From the NCBI GenBank assembly GCA_963517385.1, contig CAUQEK010000001.1, positions 1 through 58,563 on the forward strand: a stretch of 58,563 bases of DNA. Direction: 5' to 3'. Position numbers and translations under genes: made by a program. Shown here in pieces: positions 25,195 through 35,915 of this stretch (position 1 is the first letter of the stretch; every line of letters starts with the position of its first letter). The notes beneath the pieces were generated by a model, which had not been told where the DNA came from, did not search any database, and worked only from the letters and a program-made list of their open reading frames with translations. The stretch is from an uncultured Candidatus Saccharibacteria bacterium. GTDB lineage: Bacteria > Patescibacteriota > Saccharimonadia > Saccharimonadales > Saccharimonadaceae.

Positions 25195-26466
25195 TCAGAA
25201 AACTAGACAATTGGCCAGCTGATTGATAATTTGTTTTTCGACGGAGCCGACGGCAACCATGGCGTGAATACCAGAGCCGGCAAATTCGCGGGCCAGTTCA
25301 ACAATTAGAGGTTTACTAATTTGTTTAATAATATTTGGGAAATTGTCATAAAAATCAACTTTTTCCGTCATAAAATAATCGTCGGTATAGTAATCGGAAA
25401 TTTGGCTGACGGTCTGAGCGCCCATTTGATAGCGGCCGAGAGCGTAAGTCTTCACGGCTTCGATATCAGTGTCAGAAATCTCACCATTGAGAGCCTTAAG
25501 CATTTCAAGTTGGATGAGTGTGAAGAGTTCTTCGGAAGTTTCGAGGTTAACTTCGCCATCAAAATCCCAGGAAGAATAATGGTTGGTACTATTAATTCCA
25601 CTGCCCATACCATAGACTAGACCGCGACGACGAGCTTGGCCAAAAATGCGACTGCTCATAGTGCCATTCAGTAGATGATTAAGCGCACCCATGGCTTGAG
25701 TTTCTTCGGTGGAGAGGCGTCTTGGAGTAATCATGGAAAAGCCAAAGGTGATATTACTAGCGTCTTTACGTTTGATGAGGACGGCATTAGAAGAATGCAG
25801 TTCGTCGACAGGGATTTCAAAACGTTCACCTGGGCTTAATTCCCAGCTTTCGAGGTTGCGAATAATTTCTTTTTTGCGATGCTTGGTCTGACCGGCAATA
25901 ATAAATCGCATATTGTTCGCGGTGTGAGTGCGGCGGTAATGCTCGTTAATGTCATCAAGAGTGATGTTATTAATGGTGGAAAGACGTTCGCGTAAATTCA
26001 GAACATTTTCGCCAATGGCTTTTTGGAGACGTGGCCAAAGTAGACGACCATAATCATTCATATAACCAGTGAGCTCGGCGCGAACGTTGCCTTTTTCACT
26101 TTTTAATTCCGCATCGTTGAATTTGGGTGAAGTAATAGCGACACGTTTAAGGTCTAAAATACGGTCCCATTCAAAATCCGCACATTCGGTTTCATAGCAA
26201 ACGGAATAATCGGAAGTCCAGGCGTTATGGTAGGCCCCGTTCTTGGTGAACTCTGCTTCGTAGGTAGACTCATCAGGATATTTAGCATTAGCACCAAAAC
26301 TGAGATGCTCGACAATATGTGCAATTTCGTAGAGTTCTGGGCTTTTAGCGAAGCGCATACCGCCACGAAATTGTACTTTCATGTTCATGACGGAAGCGCC
26401 AGGTACGTCAATTAAAAGACCTTTGGCACCATTTTTTAATTCGATTTCTTCAATGGAATGTTTCAT
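25195..26466 (-). CDS. M16 family zinc peptidase (insulinase/pitrilysin-like)
   Basis: Inverted Zn motif HIVEH, NAWT, and SSRIF..AR.RGLVY. Confidence 0.92.
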   Translation of the reverse strand: MKHSIEEIELKNGAKGLLIDVPGASVMNMKVQFRGGMRFAKSPELYEIAHIVEHLSFGANAKYPDESTYEAEFTKNGAYHNAWTSDYSVCYETECADFEWDRILDLKRVAITSPKFNDAELKSEKGNVRAELTGYMNDYGRLLWPRLQKAIGENVLNLRERLSTINNITLDDINEHYRRTHTANNMRFIIAGQTKHRKKEIIRNLESWELSPGERFEIPVDELHSSNAVLIKRKDASNITFGFSMITPRRLSTEETQAMGALNHLLNGTMSSRIFGQARRRGLVYGMGSGINSTNHYSSWDFDGEVNLETSEELFTLIQLEMLKALNGEISDTDIEAVKTYALGRYQMGAQTVSQISDYYTDDYFMTEKVDFYDNFPNIIKQISKPLIVELAREFAGSGIHAMVAVGSVEKQIINQLANCLVF

Positions 26467-26468
26467 GT

Positions 26469-29327
26469 TTAGTGGCGGCCGTGCTTTTTGTTTTGACGTT
26501 TAGCTTTTTTCTGTTTTTTGGCCTTATTGCGCTTTTCGCTGAGACTAGCGGATTTGGTTGGTTTTTGGGAGAATTCGCTATCGAGGTTCTTTTCACCAGC
26601 TTCGATAGTATTAACGCCGCGGTTGGTAGCAGATTCGGCCATCTTAGTAAGTTCGGTGTCGTATTCTTCCCCGTCAATCGTGTCGGTGGCGACAGCTTCT
26701 TGTGGGGTGATAGAAAGGAGAATCTTCAAAACTTCTTCACGGAGATTCTTTTGGAGACCTTCGAAGAGTTTTTGAGATTCAGTACGATATTCGACTAGTG
26801 GATCGCGTTGGCCGATAGAGCGCCAGTGGATACCTTCACGGAGGTACTGCATGTTTTCAAGGTGTTGCATCCAGAGAGCGTCGAGAACCTTGAGATAAAC
26901 TTCGCGTTCAATCTTACGCATGACATCGGTGCCAAATTCAAGTTCCTTGGTGGCGTAAGCTTCTTTAACGGCAAGAGTGGCAAGCTTGGCGCGCTCTTCT
27001 TCTTTACGCTTGAAACCGATTTCGATAATAAGGTCACGATCAAGATCGAAAACAGATTGGAATTCTTTGATGAAGTTACGATTTACGCGGATGCTTTCGG
27101 CGGTCAAATCAGCCACAGCTTCCTTGATGAGGCGATTAATCTCGTCAGAGATATTTGCCCCTTCGAGAATTCGGCGGCGCATGAGATAGACGATACGACG
27201 ATGACGGTTGATGACGTTATCGTATTGCACCACGTTTTTACGGGAATCGAAATTGAAACCTTCGATACGCTTCTGAGCCGCTTCGAGCATCTTGGTGACA
27301 CTGCGATTTTGAATTGGAGTGTCTTCATCAATGCCAATACGGTTAAGTAAGGCGCCAATTTGATTACCTTGGAAAATGCGCATAAGATCATCTTCACAAG
27401 AGACAAAGAATTGAGTGATACCTGGGTCACCTTGACGGCCACCACGACCACGGAGCTGATTATCCACGCGGCGGCTATCGTGACGTTCGGAGCCGATTAC
27501 TACGAGGCCGCCAAGTTCTTTGACTTCATCAGTGAGCTTGATATCGGTACCACGACCAGCCATATTGGTGGCAAGAGTAATAGCGCCTTTTTGACCAGCT
27601 TTTTCCACGATAGCAGCTTCACGTTCATTGTTTTTAGCGTTAAGTAATTCATAAGAGAGTCCGGCTTCGTCGAGATATTTAGCGATTAATTCGTTCTTCA
27701 CGATACTGGCGGAACCAATTAAAACTGGTTGACCTTTTTCGTGGAATTTCTTTACTTCTTCGACGATAGCACGAAGTTTACCAGCTTCAGTGCGGAAAAT
27801 TAGATCGTCTTTATCGATACGAATAATTGGACGGTTAGGTGGAATTTGAATTACGTCGAGGGCGTAGATTTGCTGGAATTCTTCAGCTTCAGTGAAGGCG
27901 GTACCAGTCATACCGGAGAGCTTATTGTAAAGACGGAAGAAATTCTGGAAAGAAATGGTGGCTAGAGTCATAGATTCTTCTTTAACCACAACACTTTCTT
28001 TGGCTTCGATAGCTTGGTGGAGACCCTCGCTGTAGCGACGACCTTGCATGAGACGACCAGTGTTTTCGTCTACAATGATCACTTCGCCGGAGTTGGTGAC
28101 GACATAGTCGCGGTCACGCTGGAAAACTACCTGAGCGCGTAAAGCTTGATCCATATGATAGACTAAGCGGGTATTGTCAGCAGAATAAAGATTATCGATG
28201 CCAAGCATGCGCTGGACTTTTTCGATACCAGCATCGGTGAGTGAAACAGAGCGGTGTTTTTCGTCGAGCACGTAATCGTCTGGACCGAGATGAGAGGCGA
28301 TTTTGGCGAATTGATAATAAGAATCTGGATTATCGCCAGCGGGAGCGGAAATAATCAATGGAGTTCTGGCTTCATCAATAAGAATCGAGTCGACCTCATC
28401 GACGATGGCAAAATTAAGTTCACGTTGGCGGAGGAAGTCAACTTCGTTCACCATGTTGTCACGAAGATAATCGAAACCAAATTCGTTATTCGTACCGTAA
28501 GTCACATCAGCTTGATAAGCTTGTTTTCTAGTGCAAGGTTTCAAGTGTTGCATGCGCTCATCGGTGTGTTCTTCATTGATATATTCTGGATCATAAAGAA
28601 AGCTAGCATCAGCAATAATTACACCTACACTCATGCCAAGGAAGTGGTAAACTGGAGCATTCCAACCCGCGTCACGTTGAGCAAGATAATCGTTTACGGT
28701 GACCACGTGGACACCACGGCCAGTTAAGGCGTTTAAGAAAGATGGTAAAAGTGCCACCAAAGTTTTACCTTCACCAGTTTTCATTTCAGCGACATTACCT
28801 TCATGAAGGACGATGCCACCGATCATCTGGACATCATAGTGGCGCATACCGAGAACACGCTTGGTAGCTTCGCGAACTAAAGCGAAGGCGTCTGGAAGAA
28901 TTTCACTTAAAATTTTGGTTTCGTTACGTTCAAGTTTTTCTGATTTAACAGAAGTTGACTGCTTTTTATTATCACTAACAGATTCAGCCTTTGTCTCAGA
29001 TTTTTTAGCTGAAGCTTTTAGTTTGGCACGAGCAATATTGGCTTCGGCCTTCTTGTTAAGGGTGTCAAGACGTTCTTTTAGAATGTTGGTTTGAGCCTTA
29101 AGTTCGTCGTCAGACATAGCTTCGTATTTTGGTTCGAGGCTATTAATGATTTTGACGATTTTACGCATGCGTGCGAGATTGCGTTTGGCTGGGTCACCAA
29201 AAACGCCCTGCAAAATGCGGGTAGTGGTGGTTTTATCAGCTAATTTATCAGTTGGCTTGCGTTCTTTTTTAACTTTTGGGGCCTTAATCTTGGCTTCCTG
29301 AACTTTTTCAATTTTTTTCTGAGACAT
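26469..29327 (-). CDS. secA: Preprotein translocase subunit SecA
   Basis: MKTGEGKT, DEVDSILIDEARTPLIIS, TNMAGRGTDI and DNQLRGRGGRQGDPG motifs; start set at MSQKK (29327). Confidence 0.98.
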   Translation of the reverse strand: MSQKKIEKVQEAKIKAPKVKKERKPTDKLADKTTTTRILQGVFGDPAKRNLARMRKIVKIINSLEPKYEAMSDDELKAQTNILKERLDTLNKKAEANIARAKLKASAKKSETKAESVSDNKKQSTSVKSEKLERNETKILSEILPDAFALVREATKRVLGMRHYDVQMIGGIVLHEGNVAEMKTGEGKTLVALLPSFLNALTGRGVHVVTVNDYLAQRDAGWNAPVYHFLGMSVGVIIADASFLYDPEYINEEHTDERMQHLKPCTRKQAYQADVTYGTNNEFGFDYLRDNMVNEVDFLRQRELNFAIVDEVDSILIDEARTPLIISAPAGDNPDSYYQFAKIASHLGPDDYVLDEKHRSVSLTDAGIEKVQRMLGIDNLYSADNTRLVYHMDQALRAQVVFQRDRDYVVTNSGEVIIVDENTGRLMQGRRYSEGLHQAIEAKESVVVKEESMTLATISFQNFFRLYNKLSGMTGTAFTEAEEFQQIYALDVIQIPPNRPIIRIDKDDLIFRTEAGKLRAIVEEVKKFHEKGQPVLIGSASIVKNELIAKYLDEAGLSYELLNAKNNEREAAIVEKAGQKGAITLATNMAGRGTDIKLTDEVKELGGLVVIGSERHDSRRVDNQLRGRGGRQGDPGITQFFVSCEDDLMRIFQGNQIGALLNRIGIDEDTPIQNRSVTKMLEAAQKRIEGFNFDSRKNVVQYDNVINRHRRIVYLMRRRILEGANISDEINRLIKEAVADLTAESIRVNRNFIKEFQSVFDLDRDLIIEIGFKRKEEERAKLATLAVKEAYATKELEFGTDVMRKIEREVYLKVLDALWMQHLENMQYLREGIHWRSIGQRDPLVEYRTESQKLFEGLQKNLREEVLKILLSITPQEAVATDTIDGEEYDTELTKMAESATNRGVNTIEAGEKNLDSEFSQKPTKSASLSEKRNKAKKQKKAKRQNKKHGRH

Positions 29328-29377
29328 AAACAGTCGAAACCTCCAAATCGGAATAATATTATAGGGATATTTTATCA

Positions 29378-29413
29378 TAAAAAATACATGTTTTTAAGAG
29401 AACATGTATTTTT
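29378..29413. terminator. Intrinsic terminator downstream of hpf
   Basis: AAAAAATACATGTT...AACATGTATTTTT. Confidence 0.65.
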
Positions 29414-29447
29414 AATTAGGTTTTAGTTTCTGGATTTTAAACTAAAA

Positions 29448-29816
29448 TTAAGAATTGGATTTTTTACCAAAAAAGCGGGAGAAGACCCCACGACGAAGAT
29501 GTGGAGTGCTCTCGATTTTGTAACGACGAATTTGACCCATTAGCTTAGCCTCGATAATGTCGATGCCGGCGAAAATATTGGAACATTCATCCTTAGCGGC
29601 GATGACTTTACCACCGGGGATTTCCATGGCGGCGGAAATTTCGTACTTATTGCCGTGAGTGCGACCTACTTCGGTGACGACGATTTTAGCAACGATATCT
29701 TTTTTACTGCCGTGTGGCAAATATTTGTCGAGTTTGCCGATGCGTTTGACGGCATATTTATGAAAACTATCTTCAATTTTGTAATTGCTACCACTAATTT
29801 CAATTTTTTCGATCAT
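29448..29816 (-). CDS. hpf: Ribosome hibernation factor HPF/RaiA (short form)
   Basis: IEISGSN...YAVKRIGKLDKY...IFAGIDIIEAKL..QIRRYK; located upstream of secA, as is typical. Confidence 0.9.
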   Translation of the reverse strand: MIEKIEISGSNYKIEDSFHKYAVKRIGKLDKYLPHGSKKDIVAKIVVTEVGRTHGNKYEISAAMEIPGGKVIAAKDECSNIFAGIDIIEAKLMGQIRRYKIESTPHLRRGVFSRFFGKKSNS

Positions 29817-29834
29817 AATTTCTCCTTATGGTTA

Positions 29835-31079
29835 TTATAGCATGTCTGTACCGAGGTATGGCTGCAAGACGGCTGGGACGCGAAGCTTGCCACCTTCTTC
29901 GGCGAAGTTCTCGATAACCGCTACCATGGTGCGGGCGAGAGAAATGGCGGTACCATTCAAGGTATGAAGCACTTCGACAGTGCCATCCTTACGGCGTACA
30001 CGAATGTTAAGTCCGCGAGCTTGGAAGTCGGTACAGTTCGAGCAGCTGGTGATTTCACGGTATTTTTGGTCAACTGGAGACCAGTATTCAATATCGTATT
30101 TTTTGGCAGCTGGCGCACCAAGATCACCGGCGGCGATATTAATAACGTGATATGGGATACCAATTTCCTGCCAGATTTCTTCCTCGATGGCGCGAAGTTT
30201 TTCGTGGATTTCTTTACTCTGTTCTGGAGTACAGAAGGAGTACATTTCAAGCTTATTGAATTGATGGACGCGGAAGAGACCACGAGTGTGTTTGCCATAG
30301 GCGCCAGCTTCTTTGCGGAAACAGGCTGAAAAACCAGCATAGAAAAGTGGAAGTTTTTCTTCGTCGATAATTTCGTCCATGTGGTAGCCAGTGATAGACA
30401 TTTCAGCGGTAGCGATAAGAGCGAGGTCTTCCCCTTCGATGTAGTATTCGTCACTTTGTTCAGAGCTACGTGGAGCGAAGCCGGTACCTTCGAGAACGCG
30501 AGAATTGACTAAATCAGGCACATCCATGAGAGTGAAGCCATGTTCAACGATTTTTTTGATGCCGAATTGAATTAGGGCATTTTCGAGCAGGGCTAGACCA
30601 CCTTTGACATAATAGAATTTTGCGCCAGCAACCTTGGCACCACGTTCGAAATCCACCCAGTCACGAGAGATGGCGTAGTCGAGGTGATCGACGCCGGTAG
30701 TTTTGCATTCACCCCATTTTTTGACTTCCACACTAGCGGATTCATCACCGAGTGGTACGTCGTCAAAAATGACATTAGGGACGGTTTTAAGTTTAGTGTT
30801 TAATTCTTTTTCAAAATTAGAAAGATCGGCTTCGAGAGTGCTGAGTTTTTCTTTGATTTCCTTACCTTTGGCGATTAGCTCGTCGCTAGGTTTGCCATTT
30901 TTCATTTTGGCGGTATTATCATTGCGCTCTTTGCGCAAGGCTTCAACTTGTTGAAGGAGAGTCTTTCTTTGGTCATCCAAGGCGAGAATTTCATCAAGAT
31001 TGACGTTTTTGTACATTTTTTCTTTGATGGAATGTTCGACGAGCTCTTTGTTGTTGCGGATGAAATTAATGTCCAACAT
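29835..31079 (-). CDS. serS: Serine--tRNA ligase
   Basis: MLDINFIR, ATAE, FRKEAG, RVHQFNKLE, EITSCSNC and TLNGT motifs. Confidence 0.98.
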   Translation of the reverse strand: MLDINFIRNNKELVEHSIKEKMYKNVNLDEILALDDQRKTLLQQVEALRKERNDNTAKMKNGKPSDELIAKGKEIKEKLSTLEADLSNFEKELNTKLKTVPNVIFDDVPLGDESASVEVKKWGECKTTGVDHLDYAISRDWVDFERGAKVAGAKFYYVKGGLALLENALIQFGIKKIVEHGFTLMDVPDLVNSRVLEGTGFAPRSSEQSDEYYIEGEDLALIATAEMSITGYHMDEIIDEEKLPLFYAGFSACFRKEAGAYGKHTRGLFRVHQFNKLEMYSFCTPEQSKEIHEKLRAIEEEIWQEIGIPYHVINIAAGDLGAPAAKKYDIEYWSPVDQKYREITSCSNCTDFQARGLNIRVRRKDGTVEVLHTLNGTAISLARTMVAVIENFAEEGGKLRVPAVLQPYLGTDML

Positions 31080-31128
31080 TTTTACCTCTTTTCTTTAATA
31101 ATTTTAGTTAACGATTTTGAATTCTGAA

Positions 31129-32652
31129 TTATGCGTGAGTGGAAGATTCGGCGGAATCTTCGGAGGTCTTTGATTCTTCAGATTCGGAAGTATTTTCAGA
31201 ATTGGCGCGGCGCTTAATGATTGGGAATGGGACGGCCTCGCGGCCGGAGACGCCTTCAAGTAGCCAGAAATTACGTTCGGAGTTACCCCAACCACAGGCT
31301 GGTGGCATGCCGTATTCGAGCATCTCGACGAAATCTTGGTCAAGCATTTGAGCTTCACTGTCGCCGCCATCGCGCATGGCTTGTTGTTCTTCGAAGCGAG
31401 CGAGCTGGTCGAGTGGATCGTTTAATTCGGAGTAGCCGTTGCCCATTTCGGTACCGGCAATAATAGGGTGGAATCGTTCGGTGACTAGAGGATTTTCTAG
31501 GGAAATTTTGGCGAGTGGGGAAAGTGAAAGAGGTTCTTCAATTAACCAGAATGGTCCGCCAGATTTTTTACGAATTAGCTTCCAGAGGTTGTCGATGAGG
31601 CGTGAATCGGCTTGTGCAGCAGTTACTTCGACGCCGTGAGACTTGAGGATCGCAGTGATTTTGGCGCGGTCTGGATTGAAAACGTCGATATCAAACTCTT
31701 CGCGAATCAGGTCGGCATATTTGATGCGTGGCCATTTGTTGGAAAGGTCGATATCAAAGCCATTAACCTGGAACTTGAGGGTGCCCCAAGTTTTTTCGGC
31801 GACATATTTAATCATTTCTTCGTAAAAATCCATGCCATCTTGATAATCTTCATAAGCCGCGTAGGATTCAAAAGCAATATGTTCTGGTAGGTGTTCATCA
31901 TCGACACCTTCGTTACGGAAGCGCGGGCCGATATCATAAACTTTTTCAAAGCCAGCACCAAGAAGACGTTTTAAGGGTAATTCTTGAGAAATACGAAGAT
32001 AAAAATCTTCGCCAAGGGCGTCCATATGGGTGACGAAAGGAGTGGCATCGGCGCCGCCGGTGGTATGTTCGAGCACTGGAGTGTTTACTTCAATAAAACC
32101 GTGCATATTCATGAAATCACGGGTGGCTTGCCAGAATTTGCTGCGACGTACCATGCGTTCACGAACCTCGGGGTTAACGTTCATGTCGACATAGCGACGA
32201 CGATAGCGTTCTTCTTTATTAGTAAAACCATCGCGACCTGGCATCGGACGAAGAGTTTTGGTGAGAAGCTTCACGTAATTAGTGAAAAGTGAAATTTCGC
32301 CAGTTTGAGACTTACCAACCAGACCTTCGGCTTCGATAAAATCACCGGTGTCGAGTAGTTTTAATTGTTTAGTACCGATAAAGCCTTCTGGGGTTTCGTC
32401 TTGCTTCATGAAAAGTTGAATTTCACCAAAATAATCACGAATCTTAACGAAGGCAAGCTTGCCAAAGCTACGAATGGCGACAATACGACCGGCAATAACG
32501 ACCTGTTTACCATCGAGTTCGGCAAAATTATCCAAAATTTCAGAAATCTTGGTGTTGCGATTAGAATGAGAAGGATAAGGATTAATCCCCATTTCCTTTA
32601 AGGTAGTGAGTTTTTTAAGTCGTTCGTTGCGGTAGTCGTTTAATGTAGCCAT
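31129..32652 (-). CDS. lysS: Lysine--tRNA ligase, class II
   Basis: OB domain; RYRRRYVD, GGADATPF, YLRIS.EL, FRNEG and LEYGMPP motifs. Confidence 0.98.
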   Translation of the reverse strand: MATLNDYRNERLKKLTTLKEMGINPYPSHSNRNTKISEILDNFAELDGKQVVIAGRIVAIRSFGKLAFVKIRDYFGEIQLFMKQDETPEGFIGTKQLKLLDTGDFIEAEGLVGKSQTGEISLFTNYVKLLTKTLRPMPGRDGFTNKEERYRRRYVDMNVNPEVRERMVRRSKFWQATRDFMNMHGFIEVNTPVLEHTTGGADATPFVTHMDALGEDFYLRISQELPLKRLLGAGFEKVYDIGPRFRNEGVDDEHLPEHIAFESYAAYEDYQDGMDFYEEMIKYVAEKTWGTLKFQVNGFDIDLSNKWPRIKYADLIREEFDIDVFNPDRAKITAILKSHGVEVTAAQADSRLIDNLWKLIRKKSGGPFWLIEEPLSLSPLAKISLENPLVTERFHPIIAGTEMGNGYSELNDPLDQLARFEEQQAMRDGGDSEAQMLDQDFVEMLEYGMPPACGWGNSERNFWLLEGVSGREAVPFPIIKRRANSENTSESEESKTSEDSAESSTHA

Positions 32653-32667
32653 AGTTTTTCTTGTTGA

Positions 32668-33213
32668 TTAGATTTTCATGATTTCGGCTTCTTTAGCCTT
32701 GAAGAGTTCGTCAATTTTAGCGCTGAAATCTTTGGTGAGATCGTCAATTTCTTTTTCACTACGCTTCTTGATATCTTCAGAAAGGTCTTCGATAGACTTA
32801 AGTTCTTTTCTTGCGTCGTCACGGATTTTACGGAGAGCCACCTTAGCTTCTTCGATTTTCTGTGAGGTAGTTTTGACAATTTCCTTACGACGCTCTTCGG
32901 TGAGTGGTGGCACTGGAACGCGGATCACGCGACCATCATCGGCTGGGTTAAGATTAAGAGTTTGATCGGCGCGAATTGCATTAGAGATACCGGCAATGGT
33001 GGATGGGTCAAATGGGGTGATCAAAAGCATGGTCGCATCAGCAATGGTGACATTGGCGACTTGATTGAGTGGCATATATTGACCATAAGCGTCGACCTTG
33101 ATACTGGAAAGCATGTCTGGGTGAGCGCGACCAGTACGAACTTTTTTGAGTTCCTGTTGGAAGCGGTCGATGACGGCTTGAAATGCAATTTTATATTCGG
33201 TGTTATCAAACAT
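32668..33213 (-). CDS. frr: Ribosome recycling factor
   Basis: VRTGRA and PPLTEERRKE. Confidence 0.97.
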   Translation of the reverse strand: MFDNTEYKIAFQAVIDRFQQELKKVRTGRAHPDMLSSIKVDAYGQYMPLNQVANVTIADATMLLITPFDPSTIAGISNAIRADQTLNLNPADDGRVIRVPVPPLTEERRKEIVKTTSQKIEEAKVALRKIRDDARKELKSIEDLSEDIKKRSEKEIDDLTKDFSAKIDELFKAKEAEIMKI

Positions 33214-33257
33214 AATTTTTCCTTATATACTTATCTATATTTTATCACATCAGAGAG

Positions 33258-33283
33258 AAAAATACCCCTGATTCGGGGTATTT
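33258..33283 (-). terminator. Intrinsic terminator after proS
   Basis: AAAAATACCCC-TGATTC-GGGGTATTT. Confidence 0.7.
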
Positions 33284-33288
33284 AACTT

Positions 33289-34518
33289 TTAGAGTGAATT
33301 CTTGAATTCTTCGAGGCCGATAAGCTTGGTTTCGCCAGTCTTACGGTCGGTGATTTCGACTTGGTTATTTTCCAAGGTCTTTTCCGAGATTATGACGCGG
33401 TAAGGGATACCGAGAAGTTCAGAATCGGTAAGTTTTTCACCGATGCGCATATCGCGGTCATCGAGCAAGATTTCTTTGCGGTGAGCATCATGAAGTTCGG
33501 CAGTGATCTTAGCGGCTTCATCGCCAAGACCAATCAAGTAGTACTTGAAAGGTGCGATGTTTTCTGGCCAGACCAGACCTTTTTCATCAGCAAACTTTTC
33601 AGCAATTACACCCATAACGCGGGAAACACCGATACCATAGCTACCCATGAAGACGGTCTTCTTTTCGCCATCCTTATCGTCGTATTTGAGGCCGATTGGA
33701 TCGGAGAATTTATAGCTAAGAGTGAAAATATTACCAACTTCGGCAGCGGCGGTAGAATGAAGATCTTCCTTCTTAACGCCGAGGTCATTTAGAACTTCAT
33801 CGATTACGACTTCTTCGTTCAAGACAATAGACTTATCATCGTTGAAATAAATAACATCTTCACCAACTGGAGTGATAGTCTGGAATTCGTGACTATACTT
33901 AGAGAAAGCACCACCAGAAGCGTAAGTTTCGTAGGTACAATCACCAAGACCGAGACGGACATAGATGCGCTTGTAGGCCTCTTCGACTTCGTGGTAGAAC
34001 TTCTCGTGAGATTCTTTATCGGTCGAGAAGCTGTAAAGATCTTTCATAAGGAATTCGCGAGTACGTAGAATACCAGATTTGGCACGAAGTTCGTTTCGGA
34101 ACTTGGTTTGGAATTGGTAGACGTAGACTGGGAGGTCCTTGTAAGAAGAAATGTATTTGGTCATTAAATTGGTGAGTGGCTCTTCGTGAGTAGGAGCGAG
34201 GCCCAATTCGCCGCCGGCATTAAGTTTAGTTTTAAACCAGACATCGATTACATCATCGCGCCAGCGATCAGTTTTGACCCAGGATTCGGGGTTCTGAAGC
34301 GCAGTCATTTGCATCTCCTGACAACCGATAGTATCGAGTTCGTCACGGATGATGTCTTGAATTTTGTTTAATGTGATCAATCCGAGTGGTAAGAAGTCAT
34401 AAACACCGGCCATTTCTTTGTAAATGTAGCCAGCGCGGATGAGAAGTTCAGCGTTGCGGCTGGTTTCTTCTTTTCCTACTTCACGGAAAGTCTTGATAAA
34501 TGATTGACTTAACTTCAT
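33289..34518 (-). CDS. proS: Proline--tRNA ligase (short form, no editing insertion)
   Basis: LLIRAGYI, LAPTHEE, KFRNELRAKSGILRTREF, MGSYGIGVSR and WP..IAPF motifs. Confidence 0.96.
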   Translation of the reverse strand: MKLSQSFIKTFREVGKEETSRNAELLIRAGYIYKEMAGVYDFLPLGLITLNKIQDIIRDELDTIGCQEMQMTALQNPESWVKTDRWRDDVIDVWFKTKLNAGGELGLAPTHEEPLTNLMTKYISSYKDLPVYVYQFQTKFRNELRAKSGILRTREFLMKDLYSFSTDKESHEKFYHEVEEAYKRIYVRLGLGDCTYETYASGGAFSKYSHEFQTITPVGEDVIYFNDDKSIVLNEEVVIDEVLNDLGVKKEDLHSTAAAEVGNIFTLSYKFSDPIGLKYDDKDGEKKTVFMGSYGIGVSRVMGVIAEKFADEKGLVWPENIAPFKYYLIGLGDEAAKITAELHDAHRKEILLDDRDMRIGEKLTDSELLGIPYRVIISEKTLENNQVEITDRKTGETKLIGLEEFKNSL

Positions 34519-34663
34519 CCTTTACCTTTCCTGTTTAAATAATAGTATTCTAATTGTATCACAGAAAAACGAAAGTAACAGAGATAAGTTGACATTTTTT
34601 GGGGCTTCGTGTATTTTTTAATGAAGTAATTATATTAAAAGAAAGATTGTATTTTTTATTCCT

Positions 34664-35110
34664 ATGAAAAAAACAGTAAGTTTAACTCAAGATGGTAAGA
34701 AAAATCTTGAGAATGAGTTGAAAAGTCTGATTAAAATGCGTCCAGCAATCGCCGATCGTTTGGCTACGGCCCGTTCTTTTGGCGATTTGAAGGAAAATCA
34801 AGAATATTCTGACGCGCGTGCGGAGCAGCGCCAAGTGGAAGGACGTATTTTGGAGATTCAAGATATCTTGAAAAATGCCGAAATTATCAAGGCGGCGAAG
34901 GGTGGTAAAATTGCGGTAGGTTCGACGGTAAAAATTAAGATGCTTGGTAAAGAGCATACTTATTCAATCGTGGGCGCCGTAGAAGCTGACCCGTTAAATG
35001 GCCGTATCTCAGATATTTCACCAATCGGTAAAGCTTTAATTGGTAAAAAAGAGGGTGACGAATATACCCTACCAAATGGCAATAAGGGTGAAATTCTCGA
35101 AGTTGCTTAA
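34664..35110 (+). CDS. greA: Transcription elongation factor GreA
   Basis: ARSFGDLKENQEY and ISDISPIGKALIG. Confidence 0.96.
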   Translation: MKKTVSLTQDGKKNLENELKSLIKMRPAIADRLATARSFGDLKENQEYSDARAEQRQVEGRILEIQDILKNAEIIKAAKGGKIAVGSTVKIKMLGKEHTYSIVGAVEADPLNGRISDISPIGKALIGKKEGDEYTLPNGNKGEILEVA

Positions 35111-35123
35111 AATTGGATAGATT

Positions 35124-35152
35124 AAAAAATGAGGCCGAGTAGCCTCTTTTTT
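35124..35152. terminator. Bidirectional terminator between greA and the CPBP gene
   Basis: AAAAATGAGGC-CGAGTA-GCCTCTTTTTT. Confidence 0.7.
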
Positions 35153-35179
35153 AATATATTTATTTAATTAAGGCTAGTA

Positions 35180-35914
35180 TTAGGCCATAAATAGAAAATA
35201 AAAAGCAATGGTGTTTTTCAACACATGTAGTATAATTCCGGCATAGATAGTGCCTGTGGTTTCGCGCATCAAACAGGCGACCACGCTGAGTGTGAAGACG
35301 TCGACGCCGACATTCCATTGACCGTGAAGAAATCCGAAGAGGATGGAAATGGTCAGGATAGAGGTGATTAACGAATGTTTTTTGCGAAGTTTGCCGTAGA
35401 TTAGTCCGCGGTAAATGACCTCTTCAAGAATCGGTCCGACTATTACCAGTGCAATAGCTGCTAGAATTTTGCCAGATGGCGAAATTAAGGTGGAATAAAG
35501 TAGGGGTTGAGCTTCGTTAAGGTTAAACCATGGAAAAACCGAGAAAAGTGCGGTCAGAATGGCGGAAAAAGCGAGATAACCGAAGAAGCCGGCGAGCGCG
35601 AGCCCAATATCGGAGAAGGTGACTAAATTATTTAAGCCAAGCTCGTTACGGGTGACCGGGGCCCTGAGTGGTTTTAGATGTTTAAAAATGAGGAGGAGAA
35701 AAAGAAAACTTAGGGTATAGATTAAGGCGGAAAAAATTGTAGCAGCGAGGGGTGTTTTTAAAGTGTCGGAGTCAAGAATGAATAACATTGGTACCCCCAC
35801 AATAAATTGCGCGGCATAAAAAGTGACAATTGCTAAGATTGAAAGATAGATGAGATCTGAACCTGATTTTAGCGATTTGACAATTTTACTTGAAAATGAA
35901 GATTTTGATGTCAT
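35180..35914 (-). CDS. CPBP (Abi/CAAX) family intramembrane metalloprotease
   Basis: PILEEVIYRG, FGFLH and HVLKN motifs. Confidence 0.92.
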   Translation of the reverse strand: MTSKSSFSSKIVKSLKSGSDLIYLSILAIVTFYAAQFIVGVPMLFILDSDTLKTPLAATIFSALIYTLSFLFLLLIFKHLKPLRAPVTRNELGLNNLVTFSDIGLALAGFFGYLAFSAILTALFSVFPWFNLNEAQPLLYSTLISPSGKILAAIALVIVGPILEEVIYRGLIYGKLRKKHSLITSILTISILFGFLHGQWNVGVDVFTLSVVACLMRETTGTIYAGIILHVLKNTIAFYFLFMA

Positions 35915-35915
35915 A

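Noticed and set aside
26472..29094. Many long antisense ORFs opposite secA (likewise opposite rpsB, lysS, proS and htrA)
   Set aside because: Expected shadow ORFs from codon bias of real genes; no motifs or initiation signals
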